NCBI GenBank assembly: GCA_003661965.1
Contig: QMXD01000002.1
Span: forward strand, 2,377 to 66,376
Direction of reading: 5' to 3'
From: Candidatus Hecatellales archaeon
GTDB lineage: Archaea > Thermoproteota > Bathyarchaeia > Hecatellales > Hecatellaceae
DNA length: 64,000 nt
The notes under the pieces are model-generated. The model was not told the DNA's origin and made no database searches. It saw nothing but the letters and a program-made list of their open reading frames with translations. The position numbers and the translations under genes are program-made. How positions within the stretch are numbered: position 1 is the first letter of the stretch; each line of letters begins with the position of its first letter. This document shows positions 19,539 to 28,215 of this stretch, piece by piece.

Positions 19539-20309
19539 TTGGAGGTTATTGTGGAAAACTCTGATGTTCTACTCTACCTTGATAATAAAAGAAAGTATTT
19601 GGTTAAGGCTAGAAAAGGAGAAGTTCTTCATACACATAAAGGGTTTATTAGGGTTGATAACCTAATAGGTAAACCTTTTGGAGTTAAGATTAAAAGTAGT
19701 ATGGATGTTGAGTTTGTTGCATTAAAACCAACCCTAAAAGACTATCTGCAAAAAATCGCTAGAAAAACCCAAATAATCTATCCAAAGGATGCTGGGTTAA
19801 TCCTCCTATACACAAACATAGGTCCAGGTTCAAGGGTTGTTGAGGGTGGAACTGGGAGTGGTGCTTTAGCAGGTTTGCTTGCCTCATATGTAAAGCCAGA
19901 TGGGAAAGTTTACAGTTATGAGACAAGAGAAGAATTCTTAAAAACAGCTGAAAAAAACCTTAGAAGGATGGGTATTTCAGAATTTATTGTTTTAAAGAAG
20001 GCTGACCTAACCCAAGGTATAGAGGAAAAAGATGTTGATGCTGTTGTGCTTGACATGCCAACCCCATGGCTTGTTGTCCCCCACGCATACAACGCACTAA
20101 AAAATACGGGCACCCTAGCCTCCTTCAGCCCTACAATAGAGCAAGTTATAAAAACCGTTGAAGCTATGCGTAAAAACGGGTTTTTAAACATAGAAACCTT
20201 TGAATGTTTGGTTAGAAGGTATCAGGTTGAGGCTGGCAAAACAAGACCTGAAACTTTAACAGTAAGCCATACAGGCTACTTAACCTTTGGTAGAAAGTTT
20301 CTTCTTTAA
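19539..20309 (+). CDS. trmI: tRNA (adenine57/58-N1)-methyltransferase TrmI (Gcd14 family)
   Basis: SAM-MTase motif VVEGGTGSGALAGLLA with a TrmI-like N-terminal domain. The start is TTG at 19539 or GTG at 19551, the latter 5 nt after GGAGGT. Confidence 0.75.
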   Translation: MEVIVENSDVLLYLDNKRKYLVKARKGEVLHTHKGFIRVDNLIGKPFGVKIKSSMDVEFVALKPTLKDYLQKIARKTQIIYPKDAGLILLYTNIGPGSRVVEGGTGSGALAGLLASYVKPDGKVYSYETREEFLKTAEKNLRRMGISEFIVLKKADLTQGIEEKDVDAVVLDMPTPWLVVPHAYNALKNTGTLASFSPTIEQVIKTVEAMRKNGFLNIETFECLVRRYQVEAGKTRPETLTVSHTGYLTFGRKFLL

Positions 20310-20316
20310 GCCTAAC

Positions 20317-20841
20317 CTACTTTTCCCCATACCTATTTACAAAAAGAATTTCCTCAAGACTTTTTCTTGGTTTTGCTGTTAGTGTTTCAGCAGGGAAACC
20401 TAGCGAAATAATAGAGACTAAAAATTTTTCTTTTGGCACATTAAGAATCTCCTTAATTTTTTCCTCATAAACACCACCGTAAACTCCAAGCCAACATGCA
20501 CCCAAACCTAAGGCGTGAGCTGCTAAAAGCATGTTTTGAGCTGCAGCAGCCCCATCCTCCACAGCATGGTTTGAGGTTTTAGGGTCTGTTACAACAGCAA
20601 TCCCACATGCAGCATCAGCCAAAAACCTTCCAGAGGGAAAGACTTCAGCAATTTTACGTTTTATTTCCTCATCCTTTAAAACTATAAAATTCCATAGTTG
20701 ACTGTTTTTAGCTGAGGGTGCCCATCTACCAGCCTCTAAAACCTTTAACAAAACTTCTTCTGGTATGGGTTCTTTACGGTATCTTCTAATACTTCTCCTA
20801 GTTTTTATGGCTTCAAACACATCCAACCTATAACCATCCAA
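20317..20841 (-). CDS. Nitroreductase family protein (FMN-dependent)
   Basis: VFEAIKTRRSIRRY...APSAKNSQLWNFIV signature. The start was moved to the TTG at 20841 so that the gene begins after the atpE stop. The track ORF from 20874 overlaps atpE by 26 nt. Confidence 0.75.
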   Translation of the reverse strand: MDGYRLDVFEAIKTRRSIRRYRKEPIPEEVLLKVLEAGRWAPSAKNSQLWNFIVLKDEEIKRKIAEVFPSGRFLADAACGIAVVTDPKTSNHAVEDGAAAAQNMLLAAHALGLGACWLGVYGGVYEEKIKEILNVPKEKFLVSIISLGFPAETLTAKPRKSLEEILFVNRYGEK

Positions 20842-20848
20842 AAAAAGT

Positions 20849-21454
20849 TTATTCGGCAAAAAGAATTTTTGCAATCTCCTTTTTTATAGCTTTCTCAGCA
20901 GCAGCAACTCTAGCCTCAAAAGTTTCATCAATCCTTATCTTTCCATCCAAGGTTTCAAGAATACATCCTCCAACAGTGTTTATCGGAGTGTTATCCACAG
21001 TTATTTTTAGGTTTGATGGAAGCTTAAGGTTTTTAAGAATCTCGTTTTTACGTTTAAGGTCTTTACTGTTCAGTCTTACCCTAACCTCAGCCTCCCCAAG
21101 TTGGAGTGCTGTTGTCTCAATAATGGAGCAGAGACTTTTAATATAAGCCTCACTCTCAACAGTTTTTTCAAGCTTTTTTAAGGCTTCTTGGAAAGCTTTC
21201 CCAATTAGGTTGTTTTTCTCCTCTAACATTTTTATTGATGCTACACGTCTAGCCTCACTAAGCCTTCTTCCCTCCAAAGTTTTTATCTCTTCTAGGGCTT
21301 TTGCTTTTACCGTTTCAGCCTCCTTTTCAGCCTCAACCTTTACCTTCTCAATTTTTTCTTTCGCCTCTTTTTCAGCTTCCTCTATCCTTCTTTTAGCCTC
21401 AGCCTGAGCTTCAGCCAAAATTTCTTCTCCAATCTTTGGGATTAGGGTGCTCAT
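20849..21454 (-). CDS. atpE: A-type (V-type) ATP synthase subunit E
   Basis: Coiled-coil E/K-rich N-terminus and a C-terminal ...VGGCILETLDGKIRIDETFEARV... matching subunit E. Confidence 0.8.
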   Translation of the reverse strand: MSTLIPKIGEEILAEAQAEAKRRIEEAEKEAKEKIEKVKVEAEKEAETVKAKALEEIKTLEGRRLSEARRVASIKMLEEKNNLIGKAFQEALKKLEKTVESEAYIKSLCSIIETTALQLGEAEVRVRLNSKDLKRKNEILKNLKLPSNLKITVDNTPINTVGGCILETLDGKIRIDETFEARVAAAEKAIKKEIAKILFAE

Positions 21455-21774
21455 GGTTTAACCCCCAAAACAACCTCAATTATCCTATCTACAGCCTTAC
21501 CCATATTTTTGGAAGACTTTTTCTTAAGCTCATTAATTTTAGCCTCATTTTCTTTTTGAATCTCCTTTACCTTTTTTTCAACCTCTTTTTCAGCCTTTTT
21601 TACCATTTCCTCACTTTCACTTTTTGCTTTTTCAATAACCTCACGTTTAACCTTTTCAGCCTCAGCCTCAGCATCAACAACAATTTTTCTAGCCTTAGCT
21701 TCAGCCTCCTCTATTATTTTGCGTGCCTCCTCCTCTATCTCACGTATTTTTTTGATTACTTCAACCGATGACAA
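21451..21774 (-). CDS. atpH: A-type ATP synthase subunit H
   Basis: 107-aa E/K/A-rich coiled coil (IEEAEAKARKIVVDAEAEAEKVKREVIEKAK...) immediately upstream of atpE with a 4-nt overlap. Confidence 0.7.
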   Translation of the reverse strand: MSSVEVIKKIREIEEEARKIIEEAEAKARKIVVDAEAEAEKVKREVIEKAKSESEEMVKKAEKEVEKKVKEIQKENEAKINELKKKSSKNMGKAVDRIIEVVLGVKP

Positions 21775-21856
21775 GCCTCACCGCCACTAAAACCTCAAAT
21801 CCTAAATTAAACATTTTTGAGGTTAGTTCACTATATAAATACTTCCACCAACCAGC

Positions 21857-23137
21857 CTACATAAAATCCTGAAGACTTAAACTTTTCTTGGATGGTTTTC
21901 CAGTTTCCTCTTTTTTCTCGTCTATGATGAGTTTCCCATATACACCATCATATCCAGGTTCAACCTTCACCCTATCCTCCCTAACATCCACTATCACCTT
22001 TGCAGCCTCCTTCCCAACAACCTCAGCAATCTCCTCAAACCTTGCCTCAAGCAAAACCTTATACTCGTTCCCAAACCTGTTTACAAGCCTACCGTAAACC
22101 TCCCATGTTTTCCTGTTTGATGGGCTTCCAAAACCAAAAACCCATGCTAAAATCTCAGATAAAGGTAAAAGATGAACATAGCCAGGTCTGTTTGGAGGTT
22201 TATATCCTTCAGGTCTGTCAGCCAACTCTTCAACCCTCTCCTCAACACCCTTAGTCATCCTCCTACCACATACGGGGCATATTCCCCCATGTTTTATAGC
22301 CTCAGATGCTGGCATAGAAACACCACAACCTCTATGTCCAGTCCAATGGTATTTTCCGTAGGCAGGGTTTACCTCTACCGTAAAAAGAATTTTTTCAGGG
22401 TTTCCAGACCTAACAGCCTCAACAATCTCACGATAACTAAAATTTTTAACCTCTAAAACGTTTGCCTCCCTTCCAAGTCTCCAAGGCCAATAGCTATGGC
22501 TGTCGGAGTTTGATATTATTGTTACTTTGTCAAGTTCACTGATTCTCCAGTTCATTGGTGGGTCTGAGGATAGTCCTGTTTCTAAAGCAAAAATTTTGTT
22601 TGATTTGTCTTGGTAGCATTCTTTTAGGCTGTTAAATCCGCTAAAGGCTCCAAAAAGACTAAACCATGGTGTCCATGCGTGGGCTGGGAAAACAACGTTT
22701 TCTTTTGACACTTCTAGGGTTACTTCAACAAGTTCTGGTGGTGTTGTTTTTAGGGTTGGTCTTCCATCAGCCTCTAAAGAGCCGTATTTGGCTAAAACCT
22801 CGTTAACCTGTTCTGCTGTTTCAAGGGATGGTGTCCATATTACATGGTGTATTCTTTTTGTTTTTCCCTCATAGTCAAAAACGGTGTTGACCTCTGTTGT
22901 TACCATAAAAAAGACTTTAGAATCTTTTTGGTTTCTGACAACATATAATCCACTATCGTTAAACTCAGCAAGGTTTTCTTTTAACTCTTTAAGCCATAAC
23001 GGATGGGTAAAATCTCCTGTTCCAACAACGTTTAACCCTTTAATTTGGGCGTAGTAGGCTATGTTTTTAACGTTCATATCTTGGCTTGTAGCCCTACTAT
23101 ACCTTGAATGGAGGTGGGCATCCATAAAAACCCTCAA
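21857..23137 (-). CDS. endoQ: Endonuclease Q (PHP-domain plus zinc-finger DNA repair nuclease for deaminated bases)
   Basis: N-terminal PHP motifs (MDAHLHSRYSRATS; GLNVVGTGDFTHPLW; HHVIW; PAHAWTPWFSLFG; SNSDSHS), a CPVCG zinc finger, and a length of ~426 aa, all matching EndoQ architecture. Confidence 0.65.
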   Translation of the reverse strand: MRVFMDAHLHSRYSRATSQDMNVKNIAYYAQIKGLNVVGTGDFTHPLWLKELKENLAEFNDSGLYVVRNQKDSKVFFMVTTEVNTVFDYEGKTKRIHHVIWTPSLETAEQVNEVLAKYGSLEADGRPTLKTTPPELVEVTLEVSKENVVFPAHAWTPWFSLFGAFSGFNSLKECYQDKSNKIFALETGLSSDPPMNWRISELDKVTIISNSDSHSYWPWRLGREANVLEVKNFSYREIVEAVRSGNPEKILFTVEVNPAYGKYHWTGHRGCGVSMPASEAIKHGGICPVCGRRMTKGVEERVEELADRPEGYKPPNRPGYVHLLPLSEILAWVFGFGSPSNRKTWEVYGRLVNRFGNEYKVLLEARFEEIAEVVGKEAAKVIVDVREDRVKVEPGYDGVYGKLIIDEKKEETGKPSKKSLSLQDFM

Positions 23138-23179
23138 ACCTAAAACACCAAACCCAAGAAAAAAGGGAGAATAATAAAG

Positions 23180-24505
23180 CTAAAAATTTTTAGATTCTTC
23201 GTCTACCAAAACCAAAATTAAAACTAAACCCACAAAAGAAACAGCAAGAATAAGGTTTAGGGTAACATCTGTTAAAGCTAAAGGTTGAATTTGGCTGGAG
23301 GTAACCTCAAACTCCACAGTTTTAACATTCTCCCCATTCACCTTAAAAATAAAGGTGTAGTGTCCAGGCCTAAGAAACCCTAAATTATAGGTTGAGGATT
23401 CTACAGTTATTACTTGGATTGCTGGTCCCTCCCAAGCTTCAACTTTTGCATCCACACTAAACACAGAGTTTTCTTTTTTAAGTGTTCCCCAGTCAACATG
23501 AAAATCTCCACTTTTAAAGGTTATGGAAACCTTAGCTAGGGTTTCTCCGTTTTTGGTTTTTTCTATGGATATTTTAACTTGTTCTGGGTTTGGCTTGTAT
23601 AGGGTCCATTTCCAAGCCTTAAGAAGGAGGTCTTCTTTGAGGTTTTGGAGGCTTCCCCTATAGGTGATAACTGAAAACCTTATGGTTTGGTTTGGCTGGA
23701 ATAGGTTTGCTATTCTTTTGTCTGCTTCAGCAACAACTTTTAACGGTATAATTTTGTTTCTCATTACCACCATGTAGTTGTTGGCTGGTAGGGTTGCTGG
23801 AAACCTTATCCTATCACTTGTTAAAAGAAAAACTGTGATGCTGGTTTTTCCTTTGGCTATAGAGGAAATTTTTAGTGGGAAGTATGCCTCCTTAGAGTCG
23901 AATTTATACATTAAAGGTTTAACTGTTTTAATGTTTTCTCCAACGTTTACAAGGTCAAAAACAAAATATTCAAATCCACGTTTAGTGTAGTCGTTAACAA
24001 GGCTTAAAACCTTCTCAAGGTTTGGTTTTGGAAGCCCATGTTTCCCTGTAAAATCTTCAACCCAACGAATAAAGTCTTTTGTATCCTTAACCCTAACCAC
24101 CGTAACATCATGAACACCTATCTTCTCATGGAAAACTACCTCTACACCCTCAACACCAGCTAAACCCTTCCCATAAACAACCCTTTTAGACCTAAAATAC
24201 CTTAACAAAACATCAAAAGACTTGGGTGAAGCCTCCTCAATTTCTGGTTTTGAGGGTAGGGGGAGAACCTCTAAAACAGGAGTTTTACCCTTAAGGGTTT
24301 TTAAATCAACCGAAAGAATAAGAATCTCCTTTTCACCGTTCCATGCAACTATAGCTTTTTGGCTTGGCTCATAGATTGGTATGTCACCTATTGGAATAAC
24401 ACCCTTATCAGCATAGGCTAAAAAACATGTTTGGCTAAGCAGGAAAACTGAAAATATTAACGTTAGTAGAAGCTTTTTTGTCAAGCTTTTCAACCAAGTT
24501 AACAT
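23180..24505 (-). CDS. Exported hypothetical protein with N-terminal signal peptide and C-terminal transmembrane anchor
   Basis: N-terminus LTLIFSVFLLSQTCFLAYA (signal-like) and a C-terminal hydrophobic helix LNLILAVSFVGLVLILVLV followed by DEESKNF. No catalytic motif was recognised. Confidence 0.5.
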   Translation of the reverse strand: MLTWLKSLTKKLLLTLIFSVFLLSQTCFLAYADKGVIPIGDIPIYEPSQKAIVAWNGEKEILILSVDLKTLKGKTPVLEVLPLPSKPEIEEASPKSFDVLLRYFRSKRVVYGKGLAGVEGVEVVFHEKIGVHDVTVVRVKDTKDFIRWVEDFTGKHGLPKPNLEKVLSLVNDYTKRGFEYFVFDLVNVGENIKTVKPLMYKFDSKEAYFPLKISSIAKGKTSITVFLLTSDRIRFPATLPANNYMVVMRNKIIPLKVVAEADKRIANLFQPNQTIRFSVITYRGSLQNLKEDLLLKAWKWTLYKPNPEQVKISIEKTKNGETLAKVSITFKSGDFHVDWGTLKKENSVFSVDAKVEAWEGPAIQVITVESSTYNLGFLRPGHYTFIFKVNGENVKTVEFEVTSSQIQPLALTDVTLNLILAVSFVGLVLILVLVDEESKNF

Positions 24506-24585
24506 AGCTTGGCTTGTATCCTATTAATCTTTTGAAAATGTTCGATAAAAACCGAACAGTCTAACAAAACACTAAAATTTTTTCT

Positions 24586-25734
24586 TTGGTAAATACTTAT
24601 GCTAGGTTATTAAAGATGGGTTTAGGAGACTATGTAAAAGAAATTAAAAACTGTCTTGAATGTTACGCATGCCACGAGGTTTGTCCAACCTATCTAACAA
24701 CAAAAAACGATTTTCACTCTCCAACCTCAAGACTTAAAGTTGCTAAAACCATTTTAGCGGATGAACCAATCCAAGAATGGATGGTTGAATCATCCTATTT
24801 TTGCACCCAGTGTGAGGCATGTGAAAAGGTTTGCCCCTCAAACATAAGAATTTCAAAGATTGTTGGTGAAGTTAGGGTTGAGCTTTTTAAGAGGGGTTTT
24901 GCACCTCTTGAACCCCATAAAAAAATTTTGGATTCTATCCTAAAAAACCAAAATTCTGTTGGTGGGGCTCCTGAAAAAAGGTGGGATTGGCTTCCTGAAC
25001 AATACAAGCAAAAGTTTGAAAACAACTCTTCAACCATGTTTTTTGTTGGCTGTCTTGCATCCTATCTAACAAGGGATGCTGCAATTTCAACTGTAAAGGT
25101 TTTAGAAAAGGTTGGAGTTGATTTTAGGCTTGTTAAAGATGAGGGTTGTTGTGGTGCTCCCTTCATAAACTTTGGTGACATGGAGAACGCTGAAAAAACC
25201 GTTAAAGAAAAACTTGACCTATTCGATGATTTAGGAGTAAAAAGGGTTTTGGTTATTTGTGCTGGATGCTACCGAACCTTTAAAGAATTCTACCCAAAAA
25301 TTTCTGGAGAAAACAAGGTTAAGTTTCAGCATGTGGTTGAGGTTTTAGATGAGCTTTATAGGAATGGAAAACTAAAAATGGGTAAATCTAAAAAAACCTT
25401 TATCTACCATGACCCATGCCATCTTGGAAGACTTTTTGGGGTTTATGAGGAGCCTAGAAGACTTTTAAAGGCTGCTGGAAACCTTGTAGAATTCGACGAG
25501 AATAGGGAAAACGTTTTTTGTTGTGGCGCAGATTCGGGTGTTAGAGCAGCCTTTAAAGACCCCTCAGTCCAAATGGCTCTAAAAAGGGTTAATGAAGCAT
25601 CAAAAAAGGCTGACATTTTAACAACAGCATGCTCCTTTTGTCTTTTCAACCTTAACTATGCATCAATAAAGTCTGGTAGAAAGCTTCCGGTAAAATATTT
25701 GACAGAAATAGTTTTGGAGGCTTTGGAAGACTAA
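24586..25734 (+). CDS. HdrD/GlcF-like iron-sulfur protein (two 4Fe-4S ferredoxin motifs plus two CCG domains)
   Basis: CLECYACHEVCP and CTQCEACEKVCP, then CCG motifs (EGCCGAPF; VFCCGADSGVRAAF; CSFCLFNL). The start is TTG at 24586, with an alternative ATG at 24616. Confidence 0.75.
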   Translation: MVNTYARLLKMGLGDYVKEIKNCLECYACHEVCPTYLTTKNDFHSPTSRLKVAKTILADEPIQEWMVESSYFCTQCEACEKVCPSNIRISKIVGEVRVELFKRGFAPLEPHKKILDSILKNQNSVGGAPEKRWDWLPEQYKQKFENNSSTMFFVGCLASYLTRDAAISTVKVLEKVGVDFRLVKDEGCCGAPFINFGDMENAEKTVKEKLDLFDDLGVKRVLVICAGCYRTFKEFYPKISGENKVKFQHVVEVLDELYRNGKLKMGKSKKTFIYHDPCHLGRLFGVYEEPRRLLKAAGNLVEFDENRENVFCCGADSGVRAAFKDPSVQMALKRVNEASKKADILTTACSFCLFNLNYASIKSGRKLPVKYLTEIVLEALED

Positions 25735-26720
25735 TGGTGGAAAATCTGATTGAAGACAAAAAACTTTTAAAATCAAAGTTTCTTGGAGCTTTGGTTGGAA
25801 CCGCTGTAGGTGACGCTTTAGGTATGCCTTTTGAAGGCTACGACCCAAAATATATCCAGTCAAGGTATGGAGAAGTTAAAGATATGTTTCCCGGTAAACT
25901 TCCAGCAGGCTCCTATACCGATGATACTGAAATGATGATTGGGGTTGCGGAGTCGCTTATTGAAAATTGTGGGTTTAACGGTGAACACATGGCTAAAACA
26001 TTCATAAAAAATTTTAATTCAAGTAGAGGTTATGGTTTTGGTGTTCAAATAGTTTTAAAGCTAATATCAGAAGGGGAATCATGGGAAAACGCTGCTGAAA
26101 ATCTTTTTGGCGGTATAGGCTCCTATGGGAATGGGGCTGCTATGAGGATTGCACCAGTAAGCATATTCTACTACGACAATTTTGATGAGCTTATAAAAAT
26201 AGCTGTTAAAACCGCAAAAATAACCCATACCCATCCACTTGGGGTTGAAGGTGCTGTTCTTCAAGCCTACGCTATAGCTTTAGCCTTAAACCAGCATCCA
26301 CTAAAAAACCTAAACATAGAAAACTTTTTACAATCCCTCCAAAACCTTGCCAAAAGCGAAACCTACAAAAACAAAATCAAAAAAATAAAAATTTTACTCA
26401 ACAAAAAAACAAGCAAATGGGAAGTTATTTTTTTGCTTGGAAACGGAATAGAAGCCTTTAACTCCGTCCCAACAGCAATCTACTCCTTCCTAGCCAACCA
26501 TAAAAACTTTGAGGATGCCGTAACCTACGCAGTAAACCTAGGTGTAGACACAGACACCATAGGAGCCATGACAGGAGCAATAAGCGGAGCCTACCACGGA
26601 TTTGAAGCCATACCAAAAAAATGGCTAAACAAACTTGAAAACCTAAACCACATAAAAAACCTAGCCGAAAAAATATGGGAAATCAAAACAACCCAAACAC
26701 AGCCTAAACCAAACATATAA
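25734..26720 (+). CDS. ADP-ribosylglycohydrolase family protein (DraG/ARH-like)
   Basis: LGALVGTAVGDALGMPFEG, SYTDDTEMM and LGVDTDTIGAMTGAISGAYHG are the ARH metal-binding motifs. Its ATG overlaps the upstream stop (TAATG). Confidence 0.75.
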   Translation: MVENLIEDKKLLKSKFLGALVGTAVGDALGMPFEGYDPKYIQSRYGEVKDMFPGKLPAGSYTDDTEMMIGVAESLIENCGFNGEHMAKTFIKNFNSSRGYGFGVQIVLKLISEGESWENAAENLFGGIGSYGNGAAMRIAPVSIFYYDNFDELIKIAVKTAKITHTHPLGVEGAVLQAYAIALALNQHPLKNLNIENFLQSLQNLAKSETYKNKIKKIKILLNKKTSKWEVIFLLGNGIEAFNSVPTAIYSFLANHKNFEDAVTYAVNLGVDTDTIGAMTGAISGAYHGFEAIPKKWLNKLENLNHIKNLAEKIWEIKTTQTQPKPNI

Positions 26721-26749
26721 TGCACTACACCGCAGTGTAATGCACAGCC
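26711..26749 (+). repeat. Copy 2 of the conserved intergenic element (AAACATATAATGCACTACACCGCAGTGTAATGCACAGCC)
   Basis: ~32/39 identical to copy 1. It lies 81 bp upstream of the hdrC2 start and is followed by a 7-bp inverted repeat TTATCCT-N10-AGGATAA (26750..26773). Confidence 0.75.
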
Positions 26750-26829
26750 TTATCCTAGCCTCCCACAGGATAAAACATCAAACCAACAAAAGTTTTAAGT
26801 TTTGGCTTCAGAAATTTAAAATATAAAAT

Positions 26830-27255
26830 TTGTTTGGTTTGGCTGATGTGGAAAGGTGTGTTTTGGTGGTTTTAGAGGACCGAAAACTCCTAGAGAAAAT
26901 TAAGGAGCTTAGCGGTATAGATCTTAGTGTTTGTATGCAGTGTGGTATATGTTCTGGAAGCTGTCCTGCAGTCGACCAGATGGATATAACACCAAGAATG
27001 ATGGTTAGACTTATCCAGCTTGGACGTGAAAAAGAGGTTTTAGATTCTAAGGCTATGTGGATTTGTCTTTCATGTTTTACCTGTTATGCTCGTTGTCCAC
27101 GTGAAATAGATTTTGCTAAGCTTGGTGAAGCCTTAAGACAGGTAAGACTTAGAAAAGGTTTAGACTATATCCGTATCTCAGAAATCCCTGAAGAAGAGTT
27201 TAAAAAGCTTCCTCAAATAGCCCTTGTAAGCTGTTTCCGTAAATTCACCTCCTAA
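26830..27255 (+). CDS. hdrC: HdrC-like 4Fe-4S ferredoxin (second copy)
   Basis: CMQCGICSGSCP and CLSCFTCYARCP motifs. The start is a TTG. Confidence 0.75.
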   Translation: MFGLADVERCVLVVLEDRKLLEKIKELSGIDLSVCMQCGICSGSCPAVDQMDITPRMMVRLIQLGREKEVLDSKAMWICLSCFTCYARCPREIDFAKLGEALRQVRLRKGLDYIRISEIPEEEFKKLPQIALVSCFRKFTS

Positions 27256-27258
27256 AGG

Positions 27259-28164
27259 GTGAAAACTTTGAAAATTCCATATTATCCAGGTTGCACCCTA
27301 AAAACCTCAGCCAAAAACCTTGAGGTTTCAGCCTTAGAGTCTGCTAAGGTTTTAGGTGTAGAGCTTGTTGAACTTCCAAGATGGAATTGTTGTGGTGCTG
27401 TTTTTTCTATGGCTACCGACGACCTAATACATCAGCTTGCCCCGATAAGAAACCTTATAAGAGTTCAGGAGATGAATGAGAAGGGTATTGTTGAAAACGA
27501 GAATCGTGTTGTGGTTTTATGTTCAATGTGTTTTAACACCCTAAAAAGAAGTAACATGTTTGTAAAGGAGGATAAGGAGAGACTAGAAAAAATTAACAAT
27601 TTTTTGTCTGATACCGAGGAGCCATATCAGGGAAACATTGAGGTTATCCACTTTTTGGAGCTTTTAAAAAACGATATAGGATTTGATAGGGTGGCTGAAA
27701 AGGTAAAAAAACCTTTAAAAAACCTTAAGATTGCACCGTATTATGGCTGTCTACTTTTAAGACCTGAGGAAATCGCCATAGACAACCCTCAATCACCAAA
27801 AGTTCTTGAGAATCTTCTTGAGGCTTTAGGTGCTACTGTTGTTGACACCCAGTTTAAAACTAGGTGTTGTGGAAGCTATCAGACGGTTAACCGTAAAGAG
27901 CTTGTTGCTGAACTTGCATATGACATCCTTAACCAAGTAAAGATTAGTGGTGCTGATTGTGTTGTTACAAGCTGTCCTCTTTGCATGTTTAATCTTGACA
28001 CTAGACAGGAGGAGGTTAAAAAGGCTCACCCAGAATTTAAAACAATTCCAGTTTTCTACTTTACCCAGCTTATGGCTTTAGCCTTTGATTTAGGAGAAAG
28101 CTTTTATAGGTTTGATTTAAACTATGTGAATCCGAAACCGTTACTATCTGAAAAAATCTTTTAA
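27259..28164 (+). CDS. hdrB: HdrB-like CCG-domain protein (second copy)
   Basis: YPGCTL...NCCGAVFS...; RCCGSYQ; SCPLCMFNLD. The start is GTG at 27259, 4 bp after the hdrC2 stop. Confidence 0.8.
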   Translation: MKTLKIPYYPGCTLKTSAKNLEVSALESAKVLGVELVELPRWNCCGAVFSMATDDLIHQLAPIRNLIRVQEMNEKGIVENENRVVVLCSMCFNTLKRSNMFVKEDKERLEKINNFLSDTEEPYQGNIEVIHFLELLKNDIGFDRVAEKVKKPLKNLKIAPYYGCLLLRPEEIAIDNPQSPKVLENLLEALGATVVDTQFKTRCCGSYQTVNRKELVAELAYDILNQVKISGADCVVTSCPLCMFNLDTRQEEVKKAHPEFKTIPVFYFTQLMALAFDLGESFYRFDLNYVNPKPLLSEKIF

Positions 28165-28215
28165 AGACCTAGAAAATGTTAAGGTTAGTTTGGAAATAGC
28201 CTTTTATGTGTTAGG

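Noticed and set aside
21436-21771. 111-aa Leu/Phe-rich ORF on the + strand
   Set aside because: It is exactly antisense to the E/K/A-rich coiled-coil atpH gene. Its low-complexity hydrophobic translation is the mirror of GAA/AAG codons, so it is spurious.
22000-22456. Two + strand ORFs (Gln/Pro-rich 84 aa and a 94 aa ORF)
   Set aside because: They are antisense within the well-supported endoQ coding region, and their composition is artefactual.
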